A DNA stretch of 29,752 nucleotides, taken from assembly GCA_002269645.1 (NCBI GenBank), contig NIVC01001038.1:1-29752 (forward strand). Direction: 5' to 3'. The notes under the pieces were generated by a model. The model was not told where the DNA came from. It did not search any database and saw only the letters and a program-made list of their open reading frames with translations. Positions 11,631-23,711 of the stretch are shown piece by piece (the stretch's first letter is position 1; each line of letters starts with the position of its first letter). The translations under genes were made by a program, and so were the position numbers. Source of the stretch: Macrostomum lignano. Its lineage: Eukaryota.

Positions 11631-12398
11631 AACTCCGGACAGTCAAGGCCTATAAGATCGCAGTGACTTCGCGGCCACTAGAATATCCCAGGCGGCTAAA
11701 AGTACCAGTTTTGATTGCCACAACGCATCAGATTTTAACAGGCCGAATTCCATCGGGTGTTGTCAATAATTTCGTCTTGTTTTATGATTTCTCTCTCCGA
11801 AACCTGTCCGTCCATCGTATCCAAGGCTGGAGATCGGTAACTTATGGCTGGCTAGAATCGAAGCGACGCTGATTAAGCTGCAACTGCGGGGCCCCGCCCG
11901 CTCAGCACCAGTCTGACTGCGACTCTAATCAGCATTGGAAACACTGTAGACCCCCCATGTTCGCTCTGTAAACATCCCCCTAGGCCCCTAATCCCATAGC
12001 CCCCGCAAGTCCCTAGGAGCTGCATCCCGAGATCTGCGCCTCTCTCCTAGTAGCAGCTGCTTCGACTTCGTATGTTTACCTTCGTCCTAGCCTTCATCTG
12101 CTGCTAGAATTGGTGTGGGGGGAGTCTGTGTGCGTGGGGCCTGGCCCAGTCCATCTGTTCGAATTTCTTCTCCGACCAGCTTGTTGCGCAGCTCGGAGGC
12201 TCTCGAAGGCTTGGATGGTTGAATAAAGCGGTAGAAGGTTTTTTTAGTGTCGATGTTGCGTGGAGTGAAGCTTGTTGCGGCTCTGTACACACTGTGGGGA
12301 AATTTGTCCAGGGATGATTGGATTGATTTTTGGCATGTGGGAACAGTTTGCGCGACAGTTCTTGATTGTCGAATTTCTGTCAGTTTCGAATCCTGCAT

Positions 12399-12822
12399 TC
12401 CGGATGTTAATATTGAATCCCGGATGTTATTCTTGAATCCCGGATGTTATTATTGAATCCCGGATGTTATTATTGAATCCCGGATGTTATTATTGAATCC
12501 AGGATGTTATTCTTGAATCCCGGATGTTATTCTTGAATCCAGGATGTTATTCTTGAATCCCGGATGTTATTCTTGAATCCCGGATGTTATTATTGAATCC
12601 CGGATGTTATTATTGAATCCAGGATGTTATTCTTGAATCCCGGATGTTATTATTGAATCCAGGATGTTATTCTTGAATCCAGGATGTTATTCTTGAATCC
12701 CGGATGTTATTATTGAATCCCGGATGTTATTATTGAATCCCGGATGTTATTATTGAATCCCGGATGTTATTATTGAATCCCGGATGTTATTATTGAATCC
12801 GGGTTGCTATTCTCGAATCCCA
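12399..12822. repeat. 20-bp minisatellite (GAATCCCGGATGTTATTATT)n, about 21 copies
   Basis: Period 20 with C/A and A/C dimorphic positions. Confidence 0.97.
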
Positions 12823-12837
12823 GGTAACATTTTTGAA

Positions 12838-13275
12838 ACCTGGGTGTCAGTTCCCGATTCCCTGGGTGTCAGTTTCGAATCCCTGGGTGTCAGTTCCCGA
12901 ATTCCTGGGTGTCAGTTCCCGAATTCCTGGGTGTCAGTTCCCGAATCCCTGGGTGTCAGTTCCCGAATACCTGGGTGTCAGTTCCCGAATGCCTGGGTGT
13001 CAGTTCCCGAATGCCTGGGTGTCAGTTCCCGAATGCCTGGGTGTCAGTTCCCGAATGCTTGGGTGTCAGTTCCCGAATGCCTGGGTGTCAGTTCCCGAAT
13101 GCCTGGGTGTCAGTTCCCGAATGCCTGGGTGTCAGTTCCCGAATGCCTGGGTGTCAGTTCCCGAATGCCTGGGTGTCAGTTCCCGAATGCCTGAGTGTCA
13201 GTTCCCGAATTCCTGGGTGTCAGTTCCCGAATGCCTGGGTGTCAGTTCCCGAATTCTTGGGTGTCAGTTTCGAAT
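12838..13275. repeat. 22-bp minisatellite (GAATGCCTGGGTGTCAGTTCCC)n, about 20 copies
   Basis: Directly visible; source of the MPGCQFPNAWVSVPECLGVSSR ORFs. Confidence 0.97.
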
Positions 13276-13825
13276 CAGCGGGATCGTCAGTATTCATTTC
13301 ACTGTCTCCATCTCCACCTGTCCAAGAGCTTGCATCATAAATTCATTTAATTATGCTGCTCCTAAGCAGGTGCCTGGCCGCCAGAGCCCAGCTGGCTTCA
13401 TCAATCTGCAGCATCGAGCTTGTCATCCATCCCGTCCGCACCGAAGCAAGAAGGTTTAAATCCGGCGCCAGGCCGCCCAGGCTGCTCCGCTAACCAGTTA
13501 ATTGCGTTAGAGGCTCTTAAAATTTTTATCCCCTCCAGCAGCCTCTCTACTTAAAAATTTCCTTGCCCGACTCAGTCAATCCGCTTAGGCCGCTCGCCAG
13601 GCCGCTCCGCCTGGGAAATGACGGGGAGGGGCTGGTGGGCCGCCCGCAATTTCCAGAGTCAGTTTTTTCTGCGCTTGCGATGGACCTGCAATTTTTTTCT
13701 AGTCCGACTGCGCCTTATCATTAATGCATTGCGCGGCTTATCTCGCCTCGCGTTTCTCTCTGCTGCTGCTGCGATCGCCTCACACCATCCCTGCCTCCTC
13801 CTGCTGTCTCTGCGTGCTCTGCTTC

Positions 13826-14186
<361 letters not shown>

Positions 14187-14750
14187 TAGCGCCCTGGCTT
14201 AGCGTCTACCGCAGTGTCTCAGTGTCGGCCTGTCTCTCTTCTTCCTTCCCTTCGCCCTGGATTTTCTATCTTGATCTTCCTTTTTCCATTTAATTTCGCT
14301 AACTGATTTTGCCTGTGCTTTTTGGTCAAAGCAAAAGCGGGCCTTGAATAAACAGGAGCCTACTGGCTATCAAGTCAGGCTATCTCAACCGCCCATCTAC
14401 GAATCTGAATTATCCATTTCCCAATTGGATTTTTCAAATCGCAGTCAATGCAGCCGCAATACAAACTGACATTTCCCGTTTCCTGAGCGCGAGATGCTGT
14501 GGCGGACAGGCAACCGGAAGCCACTGATTCTGCTGAATTTGCGATTCAAATCGAAATTTGTTTCAAACTGGGGGGGGGGGGCTTGACTGAAAGTTTTCGT
14601 GAGAGTTCACCTGCAGACCATTCCGCTATCATAAGACCGCACCCGAAGAATCGAACCCCCGGGACCCCCGTACACCTGCTAAGCTCAATCATGACTTGCG
14701 CGTTAAATTCTCTTGATTTCATTCCGTAATTTTAACTTCTTAACACTCAG

Positions 14751-14759
14751 AGCCAGCAG

Positions 14760-14790
<31 letters not shown>

Positions 14791-14996
14791 GCAGCCACAA
14801 CCCCAGCCTCCGCAGCAGCAGCGCAGCGGCGGCTCGCCAGTCAGGATCTGGACTTTCCCGACATCGCCAGCCATCGACTCTGACGACAGCGGCGCGGCTT
14901 CGCCAACCTCGGCGTCGTCAGGCGAAGAGGAGGCCGCCTCGTCGGAGGCTGTTTCTTCGTCTTCGTCGACAAACACGACAGGGTCGAATCGGTTCC

Positions 14997-15035
<39 letters not shown>

Positions 15036-15200
15036 ACAGAGACAGCGGGAAGCGCAGCGGCGGCGGTCGCCTCGAAGGTGGCAGGCGCTACCTGACGTCT
15101 CTGCTGACTGGCGATAGGCAGCGCGGCCGCTACCGTCGGGTGCCTCTGCAGTGCGGCCCGGATGACGCCGTCAGAAAATCAGAGGCTGTTGAGCCAGGCG
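14751..15200 (+). CDS. APBA1: X11/Mint/APBA coding exon 2 (polyQ, Ser-rich, polyG)
   Basis: T-rich acceptor ttaacactcag|AG and donor G|gtgggt; phase 1-1. Open frame EPAEQQQ...SPVRIWTFPTSP...GGGGGGGGGG...EAVEPG. Absent from the ORF track because it lacks a start codon. Confidence 0.7.
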
Positions 15201-15269
15201 GTGGGTAGTAGCTCTGGCATGTTTTAATTGTTGTTTTGTCGGGTTACCAAGGCCTAACCTAAGGGTAAG

Positions 15270-15309
15270 AGTACCTGAATAGCTAGTACCTGAATAGCTA
15301 GTACCTGAA
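15270..15309. repeat. 15-bp repeat (AGTACCTGAATAGCT), about 2.7 copies
   Basis: Units at 15270, 15285 and 15300. Confidence 0.85.
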
Positions 15310-15530
15310 AAAAGAGTAGCATGCTGTACATGCTACATCAAAGGAATGGTAATCTTTACTGCCAGAGATCAAATGCAGTCATTGATTTTGTGATAAAAAA
15401 TGATTTTTTCATATCTCTACAGTGTATTTTTTCCAAGAAATTGGCCTCCTAAAAATTACACGAACTTTGGGTTTTACGTATTGTGATACTACAGGGCAAG
15501 TAATAGGGGTCCTTGCTGTATCGTAGGAAA

Positions 15531-15672
15531 AGAATCGGCGGAAAAGAATCGGCGGACAGGCATCAATGGACAGGCATCAGTGAACGGGCATCAGTGGACA
15601 GGCATCAGTGGACAGGCATCGGTGGACAGGCATCGGTGGACAGGAATCGGTGGACAGGAATCGGTGGAAAAG
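15531..15672. repeat. 14-bp repeat (GGACAGGCATCRGT)n with graded variants
   Basis: About 10 units; degenerate echoes continue to about 15770. Confidence 0.85.
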
Positions 15673-16969
15673 AATAGAAAATGTGTCAGTGGACAAGCTT
15701 CAATGGACAGCTAATATGCATATTGCCGATAAGCTGTAGTCAAAGACAAGAGCATCAACGGACAAGTTCAGTAGGATAACATGTCAGCCAAACGGCTGAT
15801 AAAATAACCGACAAGCGCACGGAGAAAGCTGACAAAAGCGTAGACAACTGCCTAGAACCGATGACTTGGGCGATTAGAAACAAGGTTTTAAAAAGAATTT
15901 CACTTCTAGCCGCGCGGCCAGCCGATCAGAAGCCAGACCGGAGAGAGGGAAAAGCACAAGGTCGAGAGATTTCCTGTCGAATCGGGAGTTTATCTTTCGT
16001 CCAGATCGCCCCGCCTTGCCAGACCGGCTGTCTGTCTGTCAATTGTCTCCCAGGCTGCCTCCAGCCTCCCAGCAGGGGGTTGGGAGTGGGGGAGCGCGAG
16101 CGTTTAGAGGGGAATAAAACTCGGGCAAGATATCCCCCGCATAGTCCACTCAGCCGTCGCGTGCTGGAAATTCCGTGTCCGTTAAGTTTTTGCTGCTGCC
16201 CTAAGCTATCCGCTGCTCCTTCCGAATTTTTGTTTCACTCAGCTCCACTGCCGCGGGGAAGCCCGCTCTCAGCTGCTGCTCCCGGGGCATCGACTCGCCT
16301 CTCTCCGCTGTTATTCTCTTCCTTTTTGCTTTGCTAGCCCCAGCCTCGACAGCTCCGGGCCTAATTATGTTAATTATGCCGCTTACTGCCCGGCCTCGGC
16401 TCCCAGTGCAAAGCGGATTACCCGACAGGCAGTCCGCTCCAAGCCAGCCCTGCACTGCTCTGCCCCTGAGCAATGGGACCAACACCAACACCAACCCCGT
16501 TCAAAAAAATCGCGCCACCCCCTATTCACAGCCGCTCTTCTCGGCATCATTCGAATCCGAATGGGAAGCTGGAAATCCCTGTGTCTTCATCCGGCCGAGC
16601 CCCCCCTGCCCGATCCGCCTGCCTTAGATAGGCGTCCGACTCAATGACTCCGCGCTCTTTCCTCCCCACGTCCCCTCTTCCCCGCTCTTATCCCCGCTCT
16701 TACTCATCCGCCATGCTTGGCTCAGCCTCCCACTGACCTCGCTTATCCAAAACGCCAGCAATTTATCTTACTCTGTCTGGGCGGGAAGGCCAAGCTTACA
16801 AATAAAAATAAACCGAATACTAAAGGAAGCACTTATATTTGTTGCCATTGAGTGCTTTGCTGTTTTGCAGCTTGGCACCCGCCATCAGTTTGCTGCCCAG
16901 CCATCAAGAGATGCTGAATTCCCTGTGTGCTAAACTGCGGCAGGACCACCGGCTCCGCTCACTCCGCTC

Positions 16970-17345
16970 CTCCACCCACCCACTCCACTACCCACCCCAC
17001 TCCCCACCCACCCCATTCCTCCACCCACCCCACTCCTCCACGCACCCCATTCCTCCACGCACCCCATTCCTCCACGCACCCCATTCCTCCACGCACCCCA
17101 TTCCTCCACCCACCCCACTCCTCCACGCACCCCATTCCTCCACCCACCTCACTCCTCCACACACTCCACTCCTACACCAACCGCACTCCTACACCAACCG
17201 CACTCCTACACCAACCGCACTCCTACACTAACCTCACTCCTACACCCACCACACTCCTCTAGCCGCCTCACTCCTACACCCATCTCACTCCTCCACCAAC
17301 CTCACTCGATCCTACATCAAACTCACTCCTCCACCCACCTCACCC
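16970..17345. repeat. C-rich 17-bp minisatellite (CGCACCCCATTCCTCCA, grading to CACTCCTACACCAACCG)
   Basis: Period 17 at 17041/17058; runs to about 20 nt before the acceptor. Confidence 0.92.
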
Positions 17346-17366
17346 ACATTAACCCCAATTGCGCAG

Positions 17367-17678
17367 ATGGCGGCTCCTCCAGACAGCCCGCATCAGCATC
17401 GACCGCTGACTGCTATGACAGCGACGGCGACACGGACGGCCTGTTGAAGAAGCCCTACTGTCGGGAGGTACGGCTGCACATCCCCGAGCTGCGGCGCCAG
17501 CAGACGCGCAGCGGCTCCGCCGGGTCGGCGATGACGTCATCCACCTCCTCTTCCACTTCCGCTGCCGGCAGTGAGCCCCGGATCCTCCAGTCGGCGAATA
17601 CGGCGCAAGGTGGTGCGCAGCAGCAGCCGAAGAAGCAGCAGGAGTCCAATGATCAAGCCGATGGCAGCAGCGGAGAAG
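17367..17678 (+). CDS. APBA1: X11/Mint/APBA coding exon 3 (low-complexity linker before PTB)
   Basis: Acceptor gcgcag|AT and donor G|gtagga; phase 1-1. Splices to give ...SSGE-V-LIEG, the conserved start of the PTB domain. Confidence 0.75.
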
Positions 17679-17739
17679 GTAGGAGCTGCCTGCCTGCTGC
17701 ATGCTACTGTCTCTTTCTCCTTGTCTGGTGTCCTGTTTC

Positions 17740-18800
17740 TCTCAGTCTCTGTCAGTCTCTCTCAGTGTCTCAGTCTCTCTCAGTGTCTCAGTCTCTCTCA
17801 GTGTCTCAGTCTCTCTCAGTGTCTCAGTCTCTCTCAGTGTCTCAGTCTCTCTCAGTATCTCAGTCTCTCTCAGTGTCTCAGTCTCAGTCAGTGTCTCAGT
17901 CTCTCTCAGTGTCTCAGTCTCTCTCAGTGTCTCAGTCTCTCTCAGTGTCAGTCTCTCTCAGTGTCTCAGTCTCTCTCAGTGTCTCAGTCTCTCTCAGTGT
18001 CTCAGTCTCTCTCAGTGTCTCAGTCTCAGTCAGTGTCTCAGTCTCTCTCAGTGTCTCAGTCTCTCTCAGTGTCTCAGTCTCTCTCAGTGTCTCAGTCTCA
18101 GTCAGTGTCTCAGTCTCTCTCAGTGTCTCAGTCTCTCTCAGTGTCTCAGTCTCTCTCAGTGTCTCAGTCTCTCTCAGTGTCTCAGTCTCTCTCAGTGTCT
18201 CAGTCTCTGTCAGTCTCTCTCAGTCTCTCTCAGCCCTCTCAGCCCCTCACAGTCTTTCACAGTCTCTCTCAGTCTCTTACAGTCTCTCTCAGTCTCTCTC
18301 AGTCTCTCTCAGTCTCTCTCAGTCTCTCACAGTCTCTCACAGTCTCTCTCAGCCCCTCTCAGCCCCTCACAGTCTCTCACAGTCTCTCTCAGTCTCTTAC
18401 AGTCTCTGTCAGTCTCTGTCAGTCTCTGTCAGTCTCTGTCAGTCTCTGTCAGTCTCTCCCAGTCTCTCACAGTCTCTCTCAGTCTCTATCAGTCTCTCAC
18501 AGTCTCTCACAGTCTCTCACAGTCTCTCTCAGTCTCTCTCAGTCTCTCACAGTCTCTCACAGTCTCTCACAGTCTCTCCCAGTCTCTCACAGTCTCTCTC
18601 AGTCTCTATCAGTCTCTCACAGTCTCTCACAGTCTCTCACAGTCTCTCTCAGTCTCTCTCAGTCTCTCACAGTCTCTCACAGTCTCTCACAGTCTCTCTC
18701 AGTCTCTCACAGTCTCTCTCAGTCTCTATCAGTCTCTCACAGTCTCTCACAGTCTCTCACAGTCTCTCTCAGTCTCTCTCAGTCTCTCACAGTCTCTCAG
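17740..18800. repeat. CT-rich satellite: (CAGTGTCTCAGTCTCTCT)n grading into (CAGTCTCTCH)n 10-mers
   Basis: Directly visible. Confidence 0.98.
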
Positions 18801-19892
18801 TCTTTTCCCTTTCTCTTTCAGTCTCTCATATGCTAAAGTACCTCTATGTATGCATACTTACTTTCTAAACACTTATATAGTAACCGAAACTATAAAAGTG
18901 GTTAATAGTTTATTTAAGCAACCTCAACGTCTGTACTATGCGGCTTTTAAAAGACGCCTCATATGCTTTGAAATATTTCAGAGTCTACAGCCAAAACGTC
19001 AACTCTTTGCTGTTCAAAAAAGCCGTCGGCCCCTAAAATTAGAAATCTCATTCAGGAATCAAAACTGCGGCATTTGCATCAGAGGCGAATGCAATTTAGG
19101 ATTTCGGATTTAGAATGGAAGAGAATTTAGGGCGCAAGAAAAATAAAAAATTCAGAGGAATTTCGACTTTCTTCTACTGTTCCTCAATTTCCCCTTGACT
19201 CTTTCAGGGGGGGGGATAAACGCCTTGAAAGCATTTCTGACGGGATTCTGGCTGTGCGGTCTCCATCTTTATTAGTCCTCTTTCCGGCCGCTGATAAGCC
19301 AATCTTTGAATTCCTTACCCGGGCCGGCCTCTCCCGCCACTATTTTACCCCCCCCCCTTCTCTGTGCTTTTCATTCCTCCGCAGCCTCTCAAAGTCCCGC
19401 CCAGTTTGTTCCCACGCCGAATTTTGCTGCCGAATTTCTCCCACTCTCTCTCTCTCCTGCCCCACCCCCGTTTCCCGACTCCGGGCTCCCGGAGGTCAGG
19501 CAGCGGCGGCTTGCGCTGTCACGCTCGTTCGGCTTTCAGCAGATGATTATTTTCTCTAACACTGCCCACCCGCCTGTGTCCCCCAGCCCGCAGGCCGCCT
19601 GTCTGCGCAGATAGGGATTCCGTGTTCTGCACTTGTCTGTCAACTTTTTCAACTCTCATCCCTTCTTTTAGTGTTCTTCTTTCGCAGTTGTGACTCAACT
19701 TTTGCTTCCTATATGTTTCGGCTGCTATTCATTTCCTACTCGTAGATCGCTTTTTAGGGCGCCTTCCTACGAGTCTAGCTGCTGTGAACGATAAAATAAC
19801 ATTTTGCGAACAAAAATGTGCCTATCGCGTCAAAGTTTCCGATTACACTACTGGGACAAGTAGCAATCAACGATTTTCTTCATTTGCAACAG

Positions 19893-20014
19893 TGCTGATC
19901 GAGGGCCTGCTGTTCAGGGCGCTGTACCTCGGCTCTACCCAGCTGGTCACCGAGGGCCAGCCCGGCAAAGCCGCCAGGATGACGCAAGCGCAGGAGGCTG
20001 TGAACAGGGTCAAG
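19893..20014 (+). CDS. APBA1: X11/Mint/APBA exon 4, PTB domain N-terminal part
   Basis: [41 protein letters not shown] matches the X11 PTB signature (YLGSTQL...RMMQAQEAVSRIK). Acceptor caacag, donor gtgggt. Confidence 0.96.
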
Positions 20015-20074
20015 GTGGGTGTCCGAGCTGGAGCACTGATGAGCATCCTGCTACATCTTTACGTCTCAGTCACC

Positions 20075-23000
20075 AGCCTCCCAGATCTCCACTTACTGGG
20101 CCAACGCCACCCTCTCAGATCCTCAGTTGCTGAGCCAGCCTCCCAGATCCTCAGTTGCTGAGCCAGCCTCCCAGATCCTCAGTTGCTGGGCCAGCCTCCC
20201 AGATCCTCAGTTGTTGGGCCAGCCTCCCAGATCCTCAGTTTCTGGGCCAGCCTCCCAGATCCTCAGTTGCTGGGCCAGCCTCCCAGATCCTCAGTTGCTG
20301 GGCCAGCCTCCCAGATCCTCAGTTGCTGGGCCAGCCTCCCAGATCCTCAGTTGCTGGGCCAGCCTCCCAGATCCTCAGTTGCTGGGCCAGCCTCACAGAT
20401 CCTCAGTTGCTGGGCCAGCCTCCCAGATCCTCAGTTGCTGAGCCAGCCTCTCAGATCCTCAGTTGCTGGGCCAGCCTCCCAGATCCTCAGTTGCTGGGCC
20501 AGCCTCCCAGATCCTCAGTTGCTGGGCCAGCCTCCCAGATCCTCAGTTGTTGGGCCAGCCTCCCAGATCCTCAGTTTCTGGGCCAGCCTCCCAGATCCTC
20601 AGTTGCTGGGCCAGCCTCCCAGATCCTCAGTTGCTGGGCCAGCCTCCCAGATCCTCAGTTGCTGGGCCAGCCTCCCAGATCCTCAGTTACTGGGCCAGCC
20701 TCCCAGATCCTCAGTTGCTGGGCCAGCCTCACAGATCCTCAGTTGCTGGGCCAGCCTCCCAGATCCTCAGTTGCTGAGCCAGCCTCTCAGATCCTCAGTT
20801 GCTGGGCCAGCCTCCCAGATCCTCAGTTGCTGGGCCAGCCTCCCAGATCCTCAGTTGCTGGGCCAGCCTCCCAGATCCTCAGTTGCTGGGCCAGCCTCCC
20901 AGATCCTCAGTTGCTGTGCCAGCCTCCCATATTCTCAGTTTCTGGGCCTCTCCAGATACCCAGTTACTGGGCCAGTCTCCCAGATCCTCAGTTGCTGGGC
21001 CAGCCTCCCAGATCCTCAGTTGCTGGGCCAGCCTCCCAGATCCTCAGTTGCTGGGCCAGCCTCCCAGATCCTCAGTTGCTGGGCCAGCCTCACAGATCCT
21101 CAGTTGCTGGGCCAGCCTCCCAGATCCTCAGTTGCTGAGCCAGCCTCTCAGATCCTCAGTTGCTGGGCCAGCCTCCCAGATCCTCAGTTGCTGGGCCAGC
21201 CTCCCAGATCCTCAGTTGCTGGGCCAGCTCCCAGATCCTCAGTTGTTGGGCCAGCCTCCCAGATCCTCAGTTGCTGGGCCAGCCTCCCAGATCCTCAGTT
21301 GCTGGGCCAGCCCCAGATCCTCCCTCCCAGATCCTCAGTTGCTGGGCCAGCCTCCCAGATCCTCAGTTGCTGGGCCAGCCTCCCAGATCCTCAGTTACTG
21401 GGCCAGCCTCCCAGATCCTCAGTTGCTGGGCCAGCCTCACAGATCCTCAGTTGCTGGGCCAGCCTCCCAGATCCTCAGTTGCTGAGCCAGCCTCTCAGAT
21501 CCTCAGTTGCTGGGCCAGCCTCCCAGATCCTCAGTTGCTGGGCCAGCCTCCCAGATCCTCAGTTGCTGGGCCAGCCTCCCAGATCCTCAGTTGCTGGGCC
21601 AGCCTCCCAGATCCTCAGTTGCTGTGCCAGCCTCCCATATTCTCAGTTTCTGGGCCTCTCCAGATACCCAGTTACTGGGCCAGTCTCCCAGATCCTCAGT
21701 TGCTGGGCCAGCCTCCCAGATCCTCAGTTGCTGGGCCAGCCTCCCATATTCTCAGTTGCTGGGCCAGCCTCCCAGATCCTCAGTTACTGGGCCAGCCTCC
21801 CAGATCCTCAGTTGCTGGGCCAGCCTCCCAGATCCTCAGTTGCTGTGCCAGCCTCCCATATTCTCAGTTTCTGGGCCTCTCCAGATACCCAGTTACTGGG
21901 CCAGTCTCCCAGATCCTCAGTTGCTGGGCCAGCCTCCCAGATCCTCAGTTGCTGGGCCAGCCTCCCATATTCTCAGTTTCTGGGCCTCTCCAGATACCCA
22001 GTTACTGGGCCAGTCTCCCAGATCCTCAGTTGCTGAGCCAGCCTCTCAGATCCTCAGTTGCTGGGCCAGTCTCCCAGATCCTCAGTTGCTGGGCCAGCCT
22101 CCCAGATCCTCAGTTGCTGAGCCAGCCTCTCAGATCCTCAGTTGCTGGGCCAGCCTCCCAGATCCTCAGTTGCTGAGCCAGCCTCTCAGATCCTCAGTTG
22201 CTGTGCCAGCCTCCCAGATCCTCAGTTGCTGGGCCAGCCTCCCAGATCCTTAGTTGCTGGGCCAGCCTCCCAGATCCTCAGTTGCTGGGCCAGCCTCCCA
22301 GATCCTCAGTTACTGGGCCAGTCTCCCAGATCCTCAGTTGCTGAGCCAGCCTCTCAGATCCTCAGTTGCTGGGCCAGTCTCCCAGATCCTCAGTTGTTAA
22401 GTTAGCCTCCCAGATCCTCAGTTGCTGGGCCAGCCTCCCAGATCCTCAGTTGCTGGGCCAGCCTCCCAGATCCTCAGTTGCTAAGCCAGCCTCTCAGATC
22501 CTCAGTTGCTGGGCCAGCCTCCCAGATCCTCAGTTGCTGGGCCAGCCTCCCAGATCCTTAGTTGCTGGGCCAGCCTCCCAGATCCTCAGTTGCTGGGCCA
22601 GCCTCCCAGATCCTCAGTTACTGGGCCAGCCTCCCAGATCCTCAGTTGCTGGGCCAGCCTCCCAGATCCTCAGTTGCTGTGCCAGCCTCCCATATTCTCA
22701 GTTTCTGGGCCTCTCCAGATACCCAGTTACTGGGCCAGTCTCCCAGATCCTCAGTTGCTGAGCCAGCCTCCCAGATCCTCAGTTGCTGGGCCAGCCTCCC
22801 ATATTCTCAGTTTCTGGGCCTCTCCAGATACCCAGTTACTGGGCCAGTCTCCCAGATCCTCAGTTGCTGAGCCAGCCTCTTAGATCCTCAGTTGCTGGGC
22901 CAGTCTCCCAGATCCTCAGTTGCTGGGCCAGCCTCTCAGATCCTCAGTTGCTGGGCCAGTCTCCCAGATCCTCAGTTGTTAAGTTAGCCTCCCAGATCCT

Positions 23001-23210
23001 CAGTTGTTAAGTTAGCCTCCCAGATCCTCAGTTGCTGGGCCAGCCTCCCAGATCCTCAGTTGCTGGGCCAGCCTCCCAGATCCTCAGTTGCTGGGCCAGC
23101 CTCCCAGATCCTCAGTTGCTGGGCCAGCCTCCCAGATCCTCAGTTGCTGGGCCAGCCTCCCAGATCCTCAGTTGCTGGGCCAGCCTCCCAGATGCTCAGT
23201 TGCTGGGCCA
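20075..23210. repeat. 28-bp minisatellite (CCTCCCAGATCCTCAGTTGCTGGGCCAG)n, about 110 copies with higher-order structure
   Basis: Fills about 96% of intron 20015-23274; source of all [20 protein letters not shown] ORFs. Confidence 0.99.
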
Positions 23211-23274
23211 CCGCCGCTTTCCCAGTACCGCGATTCCCTAAATCAAAGACCTCAACCGTCCACCGCCCGCCAAG

Positions 23275-23508
23275 GCGCCGGATGGAGAGCAGCAGCCCTG
23301 CGTCCCAGTCGACCTGTTCATCTCCAAGGAAAAGATCCTGGTGCTGAACGCCAACCTGCAGGAGATCATGATGGACCACGCGCTGAAGACCGTGGCCTAC
23401 ATCGCAGATATTGGCAACCTGCTGGTGTTCATGGCCCGCAGGCGGCTCCTGCACAGTCCGGAGAAGAAGCAGGCCCGCGTTGTCTGCCACGTGTTCGAGA
23501 CTGACGAG
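23275..23508 (+). CDS. APBA1: X11/Mint/APBA exon 5, PTB domain core
   Basis: APDGEQQPCVPVDLFISKEKILVLNANLQEIMMDHALKTVAYIADIGNLLVFMARRR...VVCHVFETDE. AAG acceptor, gtgagt donor, phase 0-0. Confidence 0.96.
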
Positions 23509-23615
23509 GTGAGTGCGCACTGCCTGAGCTCTGCGTGTGTGCGCGGACATTCTTATTCATGGAAATAAAGCTTACTATTATCTAATTATTGGAATAAAAA
23601 TAGCTTTTTATAGTA

Positions 23616-23710
23616 CAGGGGTCGGCAAACTCCGGCCCGCGTGCCTCTCCATCCGGCCCTCGGGTCCTTTGAAACTTCACCATAGCAATCCGGCCTGCTC
23701 AAGGTTTGTA
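23616..23710 (+). mobile_element. hAT/Charlie-type (MER58-like) transposon terminus, truncated
   Basis: CAGGGGTCGGCAAACTCCGGCCCGCG...ATCCGGCCC matches the Charlie-family terminal consensus as I recall it. Preceded by the 8-mer TTATAGTA with central TA. No intact opposite TIR found. Confidence 0.7.
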
Positions 23711-23711
23711 T

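Noticed and set aside
12087-12398. Protein-like 103-aa antisense ORF in X11 intron 1 (also 5157-5450 and 2608-2874 on the minus strand)
   Set aside because: No recognisable family, no start or splice support, and no phase-linked chain of exons. A BLASTX or RNA-seq check would be needed to revive a nested-gene idea.
20127-23241. Up to 617-aa repetitive ORFs; likewise those at 12784-14293, 17571-19113, 23537-24502 and 27153-28585
   Set aside because: Open in several frames because the units lack stops; they lie in introns or flanks defined by protein homology.
20015-23274. Microexon equivalent to the vertebrate basic insert between RIK and APEG
   Set aside because: The intron is almost all 28-mer satellite and no candidate segment was seen.
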